DNA of 64,000 nucleotides from Anthoceros angustus (Eukaryota > Plantae > Anthocerotophyta), in the NCBI GenBank assembly GCA_010909165.1, contig MU008171.1, forward strand, positions 372,001 to 436,000, in the 5' to 3' direction. Under the pieces are notes generated by a model. That model was given only the letters and a program-made list of their open reading frames with translations. It was not told the DNA's origin and did not search any database. How positions within the stretch are numbered: the first letter of the stretch is position 1; each line of letters starts with the position of its first letter. Positions 48,875 through 61,970 of this stretch are shown here, piece after piece. The position numbers were made by a program, and so were the translations under genes.

Positions 48875-49028
48875 CTGTCCCACAGCAGCGCAAGACGATG
48901 CGACAGCAGCAGCCAGCAGCAGCAGCAAGCAGCGGCAGGAGAAGCGGAAGGTTCAATCTGCACGGCTTCTGCTCACACGTATATAGGTTTTGCACCAGGC
49001 AGCCGAGGTGAGGTGTCTAAATAGGAAC

Positions 49029-50291
49029 ATGGCCTCGGTGCGATGCTTGTGGGTTCGGGTTCCTCCCGACCTTCGGCCCTACGTTTCCACCACCAGGGAG
49101 GCAGCATGTCACCGGCAGCGGCTCAGGATGAGGATGCGGATGCAGATGAGGATGGGCATGCACCGGCCTTCTGCTTCCACCATCCTGATGCGCTGGGGGA
49201 ACGATGGGGACGAGGGCTCCGCAGGTCAGTGCAGTTATGTGTGCTGCTGATGCTGCTTGCACTGTTTCCGTGAGGATGTGGCTGAGGCCGAAGTTGGGTG
49301 ATGGGCAACGTGCGTAGATGATAGTAGATACCCTTGGTGGTGCTTTGGTGGGTGGTGGCAGCAGGTGAGGAGGCTCCCGAGACCTTGTTTCTGAGGGAAC
49401 TCCGGAGGAGAGGCCTGTCCAAAGGTGCTGCAGGGGGGCAGGATGCAGGCTCGTCTGTGGGCACCGAGGTGGATGTGGGCTTTCCTTCTTCCTCCTCTCC
49501 CTCTTCCTCTTCTTCTGATGGTGGTGGGAAGCCCAACAAGGCTTCTGCCGGGAAAATGCCATTGTCAGAAGGGGATCGGGACAACCAGCGGGCACGGTCC
49601 ATGGCTTTGAACAGCGAAGGCGTCGATGTGAGTGAGAGGCCATGCATGGCATGAATGAAGGTTTTTTCATGTCTCGAACGAGGGTAGGGAAGCCCTTCTT
49701 CTTCAATTCTGATGGCATGTGTGTGGTGAAGTGGTGCAGGGCTTGATTCCCAGGGCGTGGGAGCTGCTCAAGCTGGGGAGCTCTTTCGTGCTGCTGTTCT
49801 GGCCTCTCATGCTGGCAACCATTGCTGCCTTCGCTGCAGCATACATTGTGAGTCCACCGACCGAGTAGATGAATGAATTTATGACCTTAGGGCAATGCAT
49901 GCATCTGCTTCATTCCTTGGCTTCCCTTCCCTTCCCTTCCCGCCTGCCTCTCTCTCTCTCTGTGTGACTATCTGTCAGCATCTGCCCTATCACACTGAGA
50001 TGTGATGATGCAATTGCGGGGCTGGGCTGGGCTGGACTGGTTTGCGTGCAGTACCTCGGTGCAAGCTTCGTACACTCGGGAGTCGGGTACTACCAGCAGC
50101 AGAGTCGGGTCGGGACGCCACCACCGTATGTGGATGCCTACAAGCTGCTGCAGGAGCTGGAGCTGCAACAGCAACAGGAGCAGCAGGAGCAGCAGGAGCA
50201 GCGGCAGCAGGTGCAGCAGGGGGGAGGAAGCGTATCTTCCACTCAGGTCCTGCCAGCTCCTGTCCCAGGCCCAGACCCAGGCCCACAATGA
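49029..50291 (+). CDS. Conserved plastid-type membrane protein of unknown function (At3g51510-like); exons 49029-49224, 49365-49627, 49740-49847, 50052-50291
   Basis: Transit-peptide-like start; ETLFLRELRRRG, QRARSMALNSEG.D|GLIPRA, a hydrophobic segment, FVHSG...PPPYVD.Y.LL. Splice phases are consistent. Confidence 0.8.
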
Positions 50292-52689
50292 TTCCTTTCC
50301 TTTAAGACAGCAAGAAAGCCAAGATGGCAGGCTCAGCAGACAGGCCAGAGGGCAGCCTATGCCCTGCGCTTTCTTGCTCCCTTGCTTCCTTGCTTCCTTC
50401 TTCTTGTTACATTCCATTCCATTCCATTCCATTCTCCCAACCCACCAACATAGGGGAGAGAGATTTTATTGTTTGGCTTTTTGTTGACCATGCACGCTGG
50501 CGCTGCCGCTGCCACTGGCGTGGGCATGTCGTTGGTTGCCATTGTCTCAAGACATTTGCCCTCTTCCGTGCACTCCACCGAGCCCGAGCGCCCGAGCCCG
50601 AGCACAGTATCTTGGATCATCCCACATCCACAGATCCTGCGTGCACAGCACACATTCCATTCCCCACTCCCATGTCGCACGCGACATGCCACATGCCATG
50701 CACGACATGACACCCACACGATACCATGCATGCAAGCCATGCATGCCATGCCTGCCATGCGAGTGGCCGCGGCGGCGCATGCCCGCTGCCCGCTGCCCGC
50801 TGCCCGGGTACGTGCCCGGGTGCCTGCCCGCACCTGGCCTGCCCCAGGCTGCGGGAATCGGAATAGGAATCCGGTGCCGGAACGTGGAGCTGCCCGGACG
50901 GCCCGGGCAGGTTTGTGCATGACAGGCAGCCCGTGTCGGAATGTCGGTGGCCGGGGACCGGGATGACCGGCGCGACCGGGGCCTCCGGGTTGACCGGGTA
51001 TAGAGAGAGGATGTGGGGCGAGCATGCGGGTGGGGGCCGTGGCAGGCTGAGGCCCAGGCCCAGGCCCGGGCATCCTGGAGGTCACGCAAAGCATCGGTGA
51101 CAGCAGCAGGAGGGCTAAAGTGCGCGAGGGGCCCGCACGGCCTGAAACGGGCGTGCATAAAATATTATGTTATGACGCGGCGGGGCCATGAGGGTGACGC
51201 AAGCTGACAGGCCCAGTGCCGGCGCCGGCCCCACTGCCTTCCATTAACTTACGCTACCGGGAACCCCAGCCATGTGCTCATCATTCCGCTTGCGTCCCTC
51301 GGTCCACCCCATCCGTACGGCTCCCGCTTCGATGCCCCCGATTCGTACGTTCCTATCTCATAATACATGCTCCCGCTACGCCATCTTCATACTGTACGTA
51401 CATACACAAACACACACACTGTTCTTCATTCCTTCCTTCCTTCCCTTCCCTTCCCTTCCCTTCCCTTCCTTCTCTTTCTTCCTTCCCCTTTTCTTTTCCC
51501 TTCCTTCTCCTTCTCCTCTTCTCTGTCCCAGTCTGGCCCGTCGTTCTCTCTTCTGCCATTGCTGCAACTCCCCTCTCGTTGCGTCTCGCCTCCTCACTCT
51601 CGCCTCCGCCTCCACGCTCTCGCGCCTTCTGCTGGTGTCGAGCTCCCGCTTCTTGTGGCTCGTCTCTTCCGATTGAGTCGTCTCCATCCATCCGCCTTGC
51701 TTCCGTTGCTGCAGCCCCGGCTTCCTCCAGCTGCCCAATATCGTCTTGTGGGTGGGTGATTGAGCGAGCAGGAAGGGAAGAGCGTCCAATCACCACCGGA
51801 TTGCGGCCACGAGCATGCCAGCTCCCCCCCGACGACATCCCATCAACATCAACATCAACATCAGCAGCAGCAGCAGCAGCAGCAGCAGCAAGAGCAACAT
51901 CAGCAGGAGCAGCAGTTCATGTGCCAAGCTCTCCACGTCTTGTTGTTCCAGCAGAAGGTGCAGGTGCAGGTCCAGGAGTCCCGGTCCCAGTCACAGGCCC
52001 TAGCCGATCTCTCCATCCTCCTCGCGCCCGCCTCCACAATGAAGTCCAGAAATTTTTGTATCAATTCCCTCTTCTCCGTCCGCCTCCAATACGACTCCAA
52101 CACCGCTTCCATCAGCACCCAATCCAAAATCAACTCCCCTTCCCACTCCCTGAGCTGCCTCGACCTCAGTGTTCTGTCCTTCTACAATTCCCTCCCTTCT
52201 TTCGGATAGCATGTTTGCCTGACATCCTGTCGTCCCACCACGGCCTCCCTGCTGCCCCCATCCTGCTCGGTCCCCTCGTCCCCACCCACATTGTGCTGCA
52301 TTGCATCGTGAGCTGCCATGGATTGCTAATCTCTCTTCCCTCCTCCCCGAGACGAGTCAGACGCTAGCTCCCAGGCCCCCACTGAGTCAGCTTCACCCTA
52401 GCAGCTCTGCGTCCGGAGGGGAGGGGAGAGAGACATCGAGATGAAGCAGCAGCAGGTGATGGTAACGCTGCAGCAATCCAGGCATGACAGCTTCCGTGTA
52501 GTGTGGTGATCAATCGGTAGCATCCCATTCCTTCCCATTTCTTCTCGTTCCTCCCATCCCTTCCCCTTACCCTTACCCTTACCCTCGCCCTCGCCCTCAC
52601 CCTTGCTTGTCCCCTTGTTTGTCCTAGGCAGTGTTTGTCAGTCAAGCTCAGTCAGTCATTGGTGTTCCACCTGAATGTTTGCCCTTGGA

Positions 52690-53272
52690 ATGACTTCACC
52701 TGCGAATCCTGGCTGCAAGGAGGGGCCCAACGTCTTGGAGTTTGCCTTCAATCCCTCGCCACCACCACCTCGCTCAGTCTCTCCCTATCATGGCTTCGAC
52801 CTGTGGAACTCCCGCCACAGGCCCATCTCCCCTCCTGCACCAGCTTCAACCTCCGCCAACTCCAGCGTCTCCAGCCAGAGACTGGATTCCGACGCCCTGC
52901 AGGAGGCTGCTTCTACCGACCTGTGCTTGGGCACCAATGCCAATGTCTCTCCCAATGACGCCGCCTGGAAGCAGCTTGGATCCAAGCTTGTTCCGGCGCC
53001 GGGCCATCTCCATCTGTCTCTTCAGCCTGCTCAGCCTCAAGTGCCTGCTCTTCGTTTTTCTATCGGTGACGCTCCCCTTTGCCAGGACCTGCCTCCTCCC
53101 CCTGCAGTCCCCTCTGCCAATGCTCCTGCTCCGCCAGCCCAAGGGCCTGGGGGCCGTCTGTTTGTACCCTCCCTGAACGCTGCACCGGGCCAGAGCCCCG
53201 AGCTCTACGTCCACTCCAGGTCATTGACAGGCGGAAGCCGCCCATTTGCGAATGCCGTGGATGCACATCCCG

Positions 53273-53306
<34 letters not shown>

Positions 53307-55738
53307 GAGGCTCAGCAACCTGCTCAACGGATCCGAGCATGTCCACAACACCCATCTGCATGGGTCAGGCTCATCATCGCCTCCTCCAGCTCCAGGCCAC
53401 TTGCTCGCAGATTGCACAGGGCTCAAGGCTGCACACCAGCATGCTGCTGCAGGAGGGCTTCCCAGGCTGCTGCTGCCTGGTACTGGTCCAGGTGCAGGTG
53501 CAGGTGCAGAGGATGTGTTCCACGCCCAGGCGCATGCCAAGGCCATGCTATCCTCCAGAGGCAGCAGCAGCATTCTGGAGCCCATGTCGGAGGCCAAGCA
53601 CACCATGACTGCCTCCTCGTCATTCCTCACCCGCCAGGCCTCCTCCAATTTGCCCATCAACTACGATGAAGCAGGCTGCTGGGCAGCAGGGGATGCGGCA
53701 TCACCAGGGCAGCATTCTTCGTCTGTGGGGCACCATCCCAATTCTCCCGTCCACGATGCCCCTCTCAGCCCGCTCTCCACCAGGGCTTTGAGCGGGGACA
53801 GTGGGTGCCTGGTGAAATTCAACACCCACCTTCATGTTGCCCGATCCCAGCGTCCATCCATGGCTGCTGGGGAGAGCTCGCCTTCCCGGAGCATCGATTG
53901 CGGCACCTCGCTCTTCAACAAAACCGGCACTTCTTCCTCCACATCCAGTCTGAGACCCCTTCAAGTCTACCACGCCCTGGAATGCTCAGGAACCAGCTCG
54001 AACGACATCCCTGAAGGCCTCAAAGCATCTCTGCGCCAGCTGCATGACTTACGGAGGAATGCCGGTGTCGCACCCCCGTCTTTCGGCCGCGCCCACCGAT
54101 TTGAAGGCTTAGCAACATCCAACACTTCCGCAAGCTCCCTCCTGTTCCCTCAGGTAATCCTCTCAACCCATCAGCGTCAATCTTCCTGCTCATGGTAATG
54201 CACCATTCCATTGCCACTGACACATGGGCCGGTTTCTGATCGATCGATGTCATGTGCAGGCGGCTTATGGGGCGGGAAGTGCTCCCTTGGAGATGGCACC
54301 TGCACCTGCACATGCCAAGCATCAGCAGGGCCTCGACTCTGCCTATTCTGGGTATCTGCAGACAGCTGCAGCCTGCCAGAAGGTGGCCATGGAGGATGAC
54401 ATGATGCTGGTTGAGGTAGACAAGGGGGCGCCAAGTGTGGTGGAGCTGGGGACATCCGACATGTCCAAAGGTATCAAACTTTCTTTTGTGTCCTCCCTTT
54501 CTTTCCTTTCTCCTTTCTCAGTCAGACTAGGCTAGACTTGCCTTCTCCTTCCCTTTCCTATCCTTCCATGTTGGATCAGTAGCATACATAAATGAAACAA
54601 GAGCTGAAGGGAACCGTATGGGCAGGAATGCCCTCCAGCTCACTGGGGAATTCCAATTCGGGAGCGCAGGGCCAAACGGACAGCGGTAGCAGCATCACCA
54701 GCCTGCGCTCCAGATTCATATCCAAGCTGGGGCCCAAACGCAGCATGCGAGCCCCTCGAATGCGCTGGACTTCCACACTGCATGCCCACTTCGTGCACGC
54801 AGTGGAGCTGTTGGGAGGCCACGAGAGTAAGCCAAAGCTACCCATCAACCTCACCAATGTCCACACTCGCATGCTGTGTGTCTGGAAGCGAATGTGCGTG
54901 CATGCACCTCTGTTGTCGTGTTCATGCACAAACACAATCACCCACAATTCCCAGATGCTTCGGATGTGCAGGAGCCACTCCCAAGTCCGTACTGGAGCTG
55001 ATGAACGTCAAGGACCTGACTCTGGCTCACGTGAAGAGCCATCTCCAGGTCGGTTTCGATCACCCATACATATCATCCAGTGACAGTGCCATGCATTTAC
55101 CTGACCCACACGTGCCGTTTCCATGACCGGGAACAGATGTATCGCACCGTGAAGACATCTGACAAGCTGCCTGCGAGCGGGCCCGGTGGAGGCAAAGCGG
55201 AGGAAGCGGCAGCGGCAGCGGCAGCCGCAGCCGCAGCAGCTGCAGCTGCAGCGGCGGCAGCTCTGCTGGCCAGCAATGGCATCGGCAAGGCTAGCTCCAC
55301 GGGAGCCGTCACCACAGGCGAGGCGCGGGCACTGTTCGCGCTGCACAGTCGCGGACAGGAAGCTCGCTGGCCAAACACCGCCAACGGAACCGGAACCGGA
55401 ACCGGAACCGGCAACGCCAGCCGGTAAGTTTTTAGTTGCTCATCCTGTTCCTGTTCCTCGGCGTGTAGACAGACGTGGCTGCTCTGCTACTGGCGTTCGT
55501 GCCGTTTGAATCTGCTGATGAGATGGATATATTCCGATTGCCTGGTCGTATTGCTCTCAGGTACCACCACCACCAGCTGCAACAGCAGCAGCAGCACCAG
55601 CAGCTGCAGCAGCAAGCGCACGAGCATCAGCATCAGCAGCATCAGCAGCCGGCCAGTCCCAGTTTGGAGTTCACACTGGGCCGACCCGGGGGCTGGCCTT
55701 CCAGCCCGCCCCAGGAGCTGCTGTTGCTCAAGTGCTGA
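52690..55738 (+). CDS. KAN: KANADI-family GARP transcription repressor; exons 52690-54153, 54260-54470, 54626-54826, 54972-55048, 55137-55423, 55561-55738
   Basis: KRSMRAPRMRWTSTLHAHFVHAVELLGGHE|RATPKSVLELMNVKDLTLAHVKSHLQ|MYRTVK and C-terminal PSLEFTLGR. N-terminal exons and start are less certain. Confidence 0.9.
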
Positions 55739-56045
55739 CAAGCTCAATAACTTTCCGTGTTCGACCCAGAATAAAGTTGTCCCGACACCACCCAAGTTGG
55801 GCAGGAACTGCTTAGCTTTGATTGGCTTGCAGGGGCGAGCTTACAGGCCGTTCTTTTCGCTCTTGGGGATTGGAATGTCCCTGACTCCGCTCCTGGTTCG
55901 GAGCTTTTTGGATTTGATGGATTTGGTTTTTAATTTATGTCACCTCAAGGAGGGCGGTAATGGATCGTGTCTCTCACATCATACTCATGGCATCCAAAAG
56001 TGCTAGGATGTGGTTGCGGAAGTGGAACAGAAAGTTGTTCTCTCA

Positions 56046-59000
56046 TTAGTTCACTTGACTGATAAATCCTACCACACACCGAACGTGTTGGAATAACCCG
56101 TCCAGTCTCATCCACACTGCTTTTTGTAACTTTGAAAGCTCCTGGGCCTTCTCTCGTAATGTAGCCTCTTTGCTGATGCATTCTCCATGGACCTGCATCC
56201 GCAAAAGCTCTTAAGATCTCGCTGGATGACCAAAGCAAAGCCCCTCTCAATCATCTCACGCTTCACCCACTCGGTACCCACAAAATGACGAGTTTTGAAT
56301 TTGAGCGTACCTTCAGGAAAAGCTGAATCCAAGCCTGCAAAAGTTCAAAGTTGTTGTTGGATGCCAGCTGCTTGATGAAAAAGTCCAACACTACTTCCAA
56401 GGACTGTCCCTGTTGGTCTGCGACACCTGGACCCACACCTTGTAGCATCCTAAGCTCAAAGTCCACGGTAGAAGGTGGCATGGTCTTCATATACGCAAGC
56501 AGCTCGTTATCTGCATACAACGCATGTTGTGACGATGCTTTTAGCACAGGTAAAACTAACTCGATCACCAAATCCAGAAACTGCAACCAACTTACGGTTT
56601 CCATTCTCAGCATAACCAGCAAGCAGATGCAAGAACTGGGACTGGAAGCCCCCTTTGTTGCCTTTGCTTCGTGACTTCATCTCCTTGCCTTCCGTGCTAT
56701 TTCCATCAGCATCGTTGGTTTGATTCTGAGGTGCAAAGTGGGGAACACCAGAAACTGAAGGTAACGTGGGTAGGAAAAAAGGCGCTTTCTCTGGCTTCTT
56801 CGGTGGAGCTATTGGCTTGTTACGCTCCTGGAAGGAGAAACCATGTTACACAACAAAGCTGAATGTGACTGCAATAACCATCTCCCACATTTGCATCCCA
56901 AAACGGGTGTAAAAGCCAGAGGCAAAACCTTGATGACGTCGAGATTGACCAGGCCTAACCACTGAGTCCTTGGCAGGCTGGCCATTGTTACAAGTTCAGG
57001 CACGATCTGAGCAGTGGCAGTGAGAGGCAGCACATCTTTGCTCTCCAGCTCAGCTTCTGCTGCTGACACAGAGGTGGCAGCCAGCAGGTTTGTATCATCT
57101 GTGGTGCCATCTCCTCCTCCACTCGAAATAGTTGGAAGAGAAACCAAAACCACTTTCCCACCACTTCCTTGTTCCATATCCACCACCCCAGAGTAGAGAA
57201 GCCGATTCGCCCTGTGTTATGATAAAACATGTCGGCACTTATTCAGAAGACAAGAGAGAGCCAGGTTGTGTATCACCAAGCATACTACGCCAGATGTGAA
57301 AAGCACGTACCACAGATAGATTGCATTTTTATTTACGTGTGCTGTTGCAAGCATATCCATGTTAGGTGACAGAGACAAGGCAGTCACAGCTGCATCGACC
57401 TGCATTGCATCAAGCTGCTTGGATCCCACAACATCCCATGTGCGAACTGTTCCGTCCATTGAGGACGACACGAGCCATTTCCCATCCTCACTAAAACAGA
57501 GATCAGTGATTCGATCTGTATGACCCACAAATTGCCGAACCAGTCTGACAGCCACCACATCAAACACCCTGACAACCATGTCATTTGAAGCTGTTGCCAC
57601 AAGGCCTGTGACGATCACACAACAACGTACAACTTCAGTGGGACCCATCGAAAATACTCAGTAGCCAATCAATACCTCAAATCATGTACACAGGAAGGCC
57701 TCCACACCATTTCCTCGATGGTGCACCAGCTTCACAATCGGAGAACCTACATCTAAGCTGGACTGCAGAGTAAGCCCCTGAAGTCCCAAACCTGAGAGAG
57801 TCATAACAAATCACAAGCCAATTGTAAGTATAAACAGTTACATCTGCTCAGAGAGACTGCAATAACCATCTCCCACATTTGCATCCCAAAACGGGTGTAA
57901 AAGCCAGAGGCAAAACCTTGATGACGCCGAGATTGACCAGGCCTAACCACTGAGTCCTTGGCAGGCTGGCCATTGTTACAAGTTCAGGCACGATCTGAGC
58001 AGTGGCAGTGAGAGGCAGCACATCTTTGCTCTCCAGCTCAGCTTCTGCTGCTGACACAGAGGTGGCAGCCAGCAGGTTTGTATCATCTGTGGTGCCATCT
58101 CCTCCTCCACTCGAAAATAGTTGGAAGAGAAACCAAAACCACTTTCCCACCACTTCCTTGTTCCATATCCACCACCCCAGAGTAGAGAAGCCGATTCGCC
58201 CTGTGTTATGATAAAACATGTCGGCACTTATTCAGAAGACAAGAGAGAGCCAGGTTGTGTATCACCAAGCATACTACGCCAGATGTGAAAAGCACGTACC
58301 ACAGATAGATTGCATTTTTATTTACGTGTGCTGTTGCAAGCATATCCATGTTAGGTGACAGAGACAAGGCAGTCACAGCTGCATCGACCTGCATTGCATC
58401 AAGCTGCTTGGATCCCACAACATCCCATGTGCGAACTGTTCCGTCCATTGAGGACACGAGCCATTCCATCCTCACTAAAACAGAGATCAGTGATTCGATC
58501 TGTATGACCCACAAATTGCCGAACCAGTCTGACAGCCACCACATCAAACACCCTGACAACCATGTCATTTGAAGCTGTTGCCACAAGGCCTGTGACGATC
58601 ACACAACAACGTACAACTTCAGTGGGACCCATCGAAAATACTCAGTAGCCAATCAATACCTCAAATCATGTACACAGGAAGGCCTCCACACCATTTCCTC
58701 GATGGTGCACCAGCTTCACAATCGGAGAACCTACATCTAAGCTGGACTGCAGAGTAAGCCCCCTGAAGTCCCAAACCTGAGAGAGTCATAACAAATCACA
58801 AGCCAATTGTAAGTATAAACAGTTACATCTGCTCAGAGAGACTGCAAATAACCAAACACTGACGACACTAATTATGTATGCAGTCATCGGAGCTGGAAGA
58901 GGATCACCTTGATAACAGCGTCATAGCCACCACTGATGAGATGGGTATTAGTTGCATCACAAGCTAAGCCAACAACTGCACCAACATGAGGATTGGACCC

Positions 59001-61738
59001 AGCATCTTGATAGGAACCCCGAGTAAGCCCAGACTGCAGATTGAATCGCTCTATCCACCCAGATTCAGTTCCCAGTACAGCGAAATTTCCACAAGCACTG
59101 ATTGCACAAGCCTGCTCAATGAGGAACAAGGGATAGGAGTTACAAACTGGCATCCCAGGCCCCAAATCAATGAAACGAGGTTTTCCTTATATTCCCATTT
59201 CCTCTCAGCTTCATCGGTCACTGATTTAACTCACCTTAACAGGAGCAGGCAAATCTGTTGAAGGTGTCAACACATGTTCACCAATGACAAAATTTTGCAG
59301 ACGCCAAGAATATGCACTGCTGCTGTCAGCATGACAAGTCACGACATTGCACCAATCGCGCTCTCTGATCTCAGCTGCAAAAGGGGCAAGTGAACATCAT
59401 GTGAAGGAACGCTGAAGGATTGTATCTGACTTTGCAGATACAACTGGTCTGTTCATTCCTTCTCAGCGAGCTTACAGCACAGCCAATACCTACCAGCGGC
59501 AAACGCTAAAACAGGAGGCAGCTTCAGTTCCTCCTCCTGAAAGGACCAAACGGAAAGAAACAGATGCAGTCAGCACGCTCAGCATTGTCCATTAAAGACT
59601 TTATCATCTGTCCAGAATCCAACGAAAAACAACCTTCACACTCATTCTTTTTGCACGTTTTGCCACATGGCCCTGAGAAAGCTCTCTACTCTGTTGGTCC
59701 TGCATTGCAAAAATTGGGACGACTTAGCATCAAACAGCAGTGGTACCACCAGGTTCCACCCACAAAGGCACAATTTCCTGCAAGCACATTCTGACAGAAA
59801 AGGTGCATCATTGCTGGGAGAAACCAGTAAACCTGGATGGTGGAGAACACCCGAAAAGCTCGATCTTGACCAGCTGAGAGGATCAGCCGTCCACTTCCAT
59901 AGTAGCTGCGCTCATAGGTGAATTAAGTTGAAAAGAACAATAAAGCTGTACAGCAGTTCTCATAACACTCAAAAGGAAGAACATACCAGCTCACCTGACA
60001 CAAGTTGGGGGTGCACTGTGCCCACTCCTGAATCGCAGTAAGCGAGCTTCGCCATCACTGGTATCAAAAACCCACATCTGAACACAATCAGCAGGTACAG
60101 CTCTCTCAGTACCAGACAACTGATTGCCCACGTGCAATAGCGTCACGAAAGATGAGTAATGCCATGAACAGGACCTTCATCGAGTTGTCCTTCGCAACAC
60201 TGAGGAGTACAGGCTCACTAGCCAAAAAGTGAAGACCTGAAATCTCTCCATCATGGGCGTCTTTAATTACTGTCTGCAATTTGCGTTTGTCCAGATTCCA
60301 GATAGTGACCACTCCAGCATTTCCTCCTGCTGCAACCAAGGGCTGGCCGTCTGAACAAATTCAAGAACGTACTGTGTCAGCATACTGAAATCAGATAATG
60401 GATTTGAGGGTCACAGCTGTGAGTTAATGTCTATGCTGCAGTATACGGAACCCCTTGCTGAGATTTCTGGACCGCATATCATTTCAACTGACTGCAGCAA
60501 TATGAAAACGAATGTGCGAATCACCAACCAGTCCTGAAAGAGATGGCCGTGACAGGTCCCCTTGTTGTATGTGTAAACGTCACAACTGTCTCATCATACT
60601 TCAGGTTGTGCAGATGAAGCCGTCCGTCCGCACACCCAATCCCTACGACATCCAATGCAGGGGATGAAACGCAGGAGCATACTGGTGATCCCCAGCCCTT
60701 GAATTCATGTATCAGCTTTTCCGTGCTGATATTCCACAGCTGCAGAGGCCCTTCCTCACTTCCAATAAGCACCTGCGCAAAAGAAGTGGAGGATGCAAGT
60801 CAGTTCCATCGGCTCTGAAGATGACTACTCCCAAGATGAGAACGTTCCACTATTGATTGAAAAACGCAAGCTTAGACAGTCACTGCAGATCCACATGTGC
60901 TCTCTTACAACCATCAATCTAGCAAACACAGACCTCCCAGGTGCAGCAGAGGATTCACCTTGTTCAGGTAAGTGTCAGGGTGCACAATACAGGTGGGAGT
61001 GAAGCCAGCCCTGAGCTGAAATCCTCCAGAAGGTTGCTTCACATCATCTGCCTGTTCCTGTGAGGTGGGCCAGATGAAAACTTGTCCTTGTTTGTCGACA
61101 CTCAGAATGTGGTTGCCGAAGGCCAGAATATGTAGGACCTTGCTTTGATGGGCATCCCACTCTGCCACCTAGCATGTGGAAAAAAGAAAATCTGTTCAGC
61201 TGGCATTCCTATAAAATTTCTGGGCAAGTGTGTTAAAGCAGACAGGGATGCCCAAGGAAAAAAACACCTACCAGGTGGGCACGCTTGAAGACTGCAATCT
61301 TCCGGCCCGTGGCAGCATAGGTGTAGTCCCGAACGGTGGCCAGCGAGAGAATTCGATGCTGCAACTGAGGCCCTGCGAAGGCAAAGTACAAATTCGGTGT
61401 TGAGGGTGTGGATCCCTGGCTTGCTTTGCACAGCACAGCACCAGAAGGTGAAAAAATAGATGTTGCTTGTGATTGTACTGACCGACGATGATGAGTTGGA
61501 GTTTTGCGCACTGCGAACAGGGAGAGAAATAGGTGAGTAGAGCAAGCAGACAGGCAGCGCGCGCTCATTCGATCAAAATTTGCAAAACGAAAGACGAAAG
61601 CCTGTACGGTACATTGAAAATTTGCCAAGCTTGGCCGACGGTGAGGGTGACGAAGGTCTCGCTGCCCCGGCGCTGGATGGCCCAGGCCCGGCCGTCGGAC
61701 ACGAGGCCCAGCGCCCGGAAGGGCTGGAAGATGGACAT
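56046..61738 (-). CDS. UTP21: WDR36/UTP21 (U3 snoRNA-associated protein 21), multi-exon, with internal ~985-bp tandem duplication
   Basis: MSIFQPFRALG..., HPDTYLNK, SPALDVVGIG, RSGHSAPP, EIRERDWCNVVTCH, GHTDRITD..FS.DGKW, PEKARESAFFLP, NNNFELLQA...FLK. Stop TAA at 56046-56048. Confidence 0.92.
56867..58847. repeat. Tandem direct duplication, units 56867-57854 and 57855-58839
   Basis: Near-identical copies. GACTGCAA occurs at 56867, 57855 and 58840. Confidence 0.95.
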
Positions 61739-61970
61739 GGCTGCCGCCGCCGGAGCCGAGCCGTCTCGATCTCAGCCTGCACGTGTGAATCCAGCCGCTG
61801 TTACACTGAGAGGCAGCAAAACAAATAGTTGTTTGTGCCACATATATAGGTTTCTACGTCGGCACGAACATATTTGGCGTATCGGTAGCTATGGCAGGAA
61901 GAGCCTCGATACCTATGAAAGGAAGTGCATGGTGGACGAATGAGCAACTGCTGTTCATGTTCGTGTGGAA

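Noticed and set aside
51216-52367. 383-aa + strand ORF upstream of KANADI
   Set aside because: Non-ATG start, and it runs through CT-rich and CAG microsatellites; low-complexity artefact.
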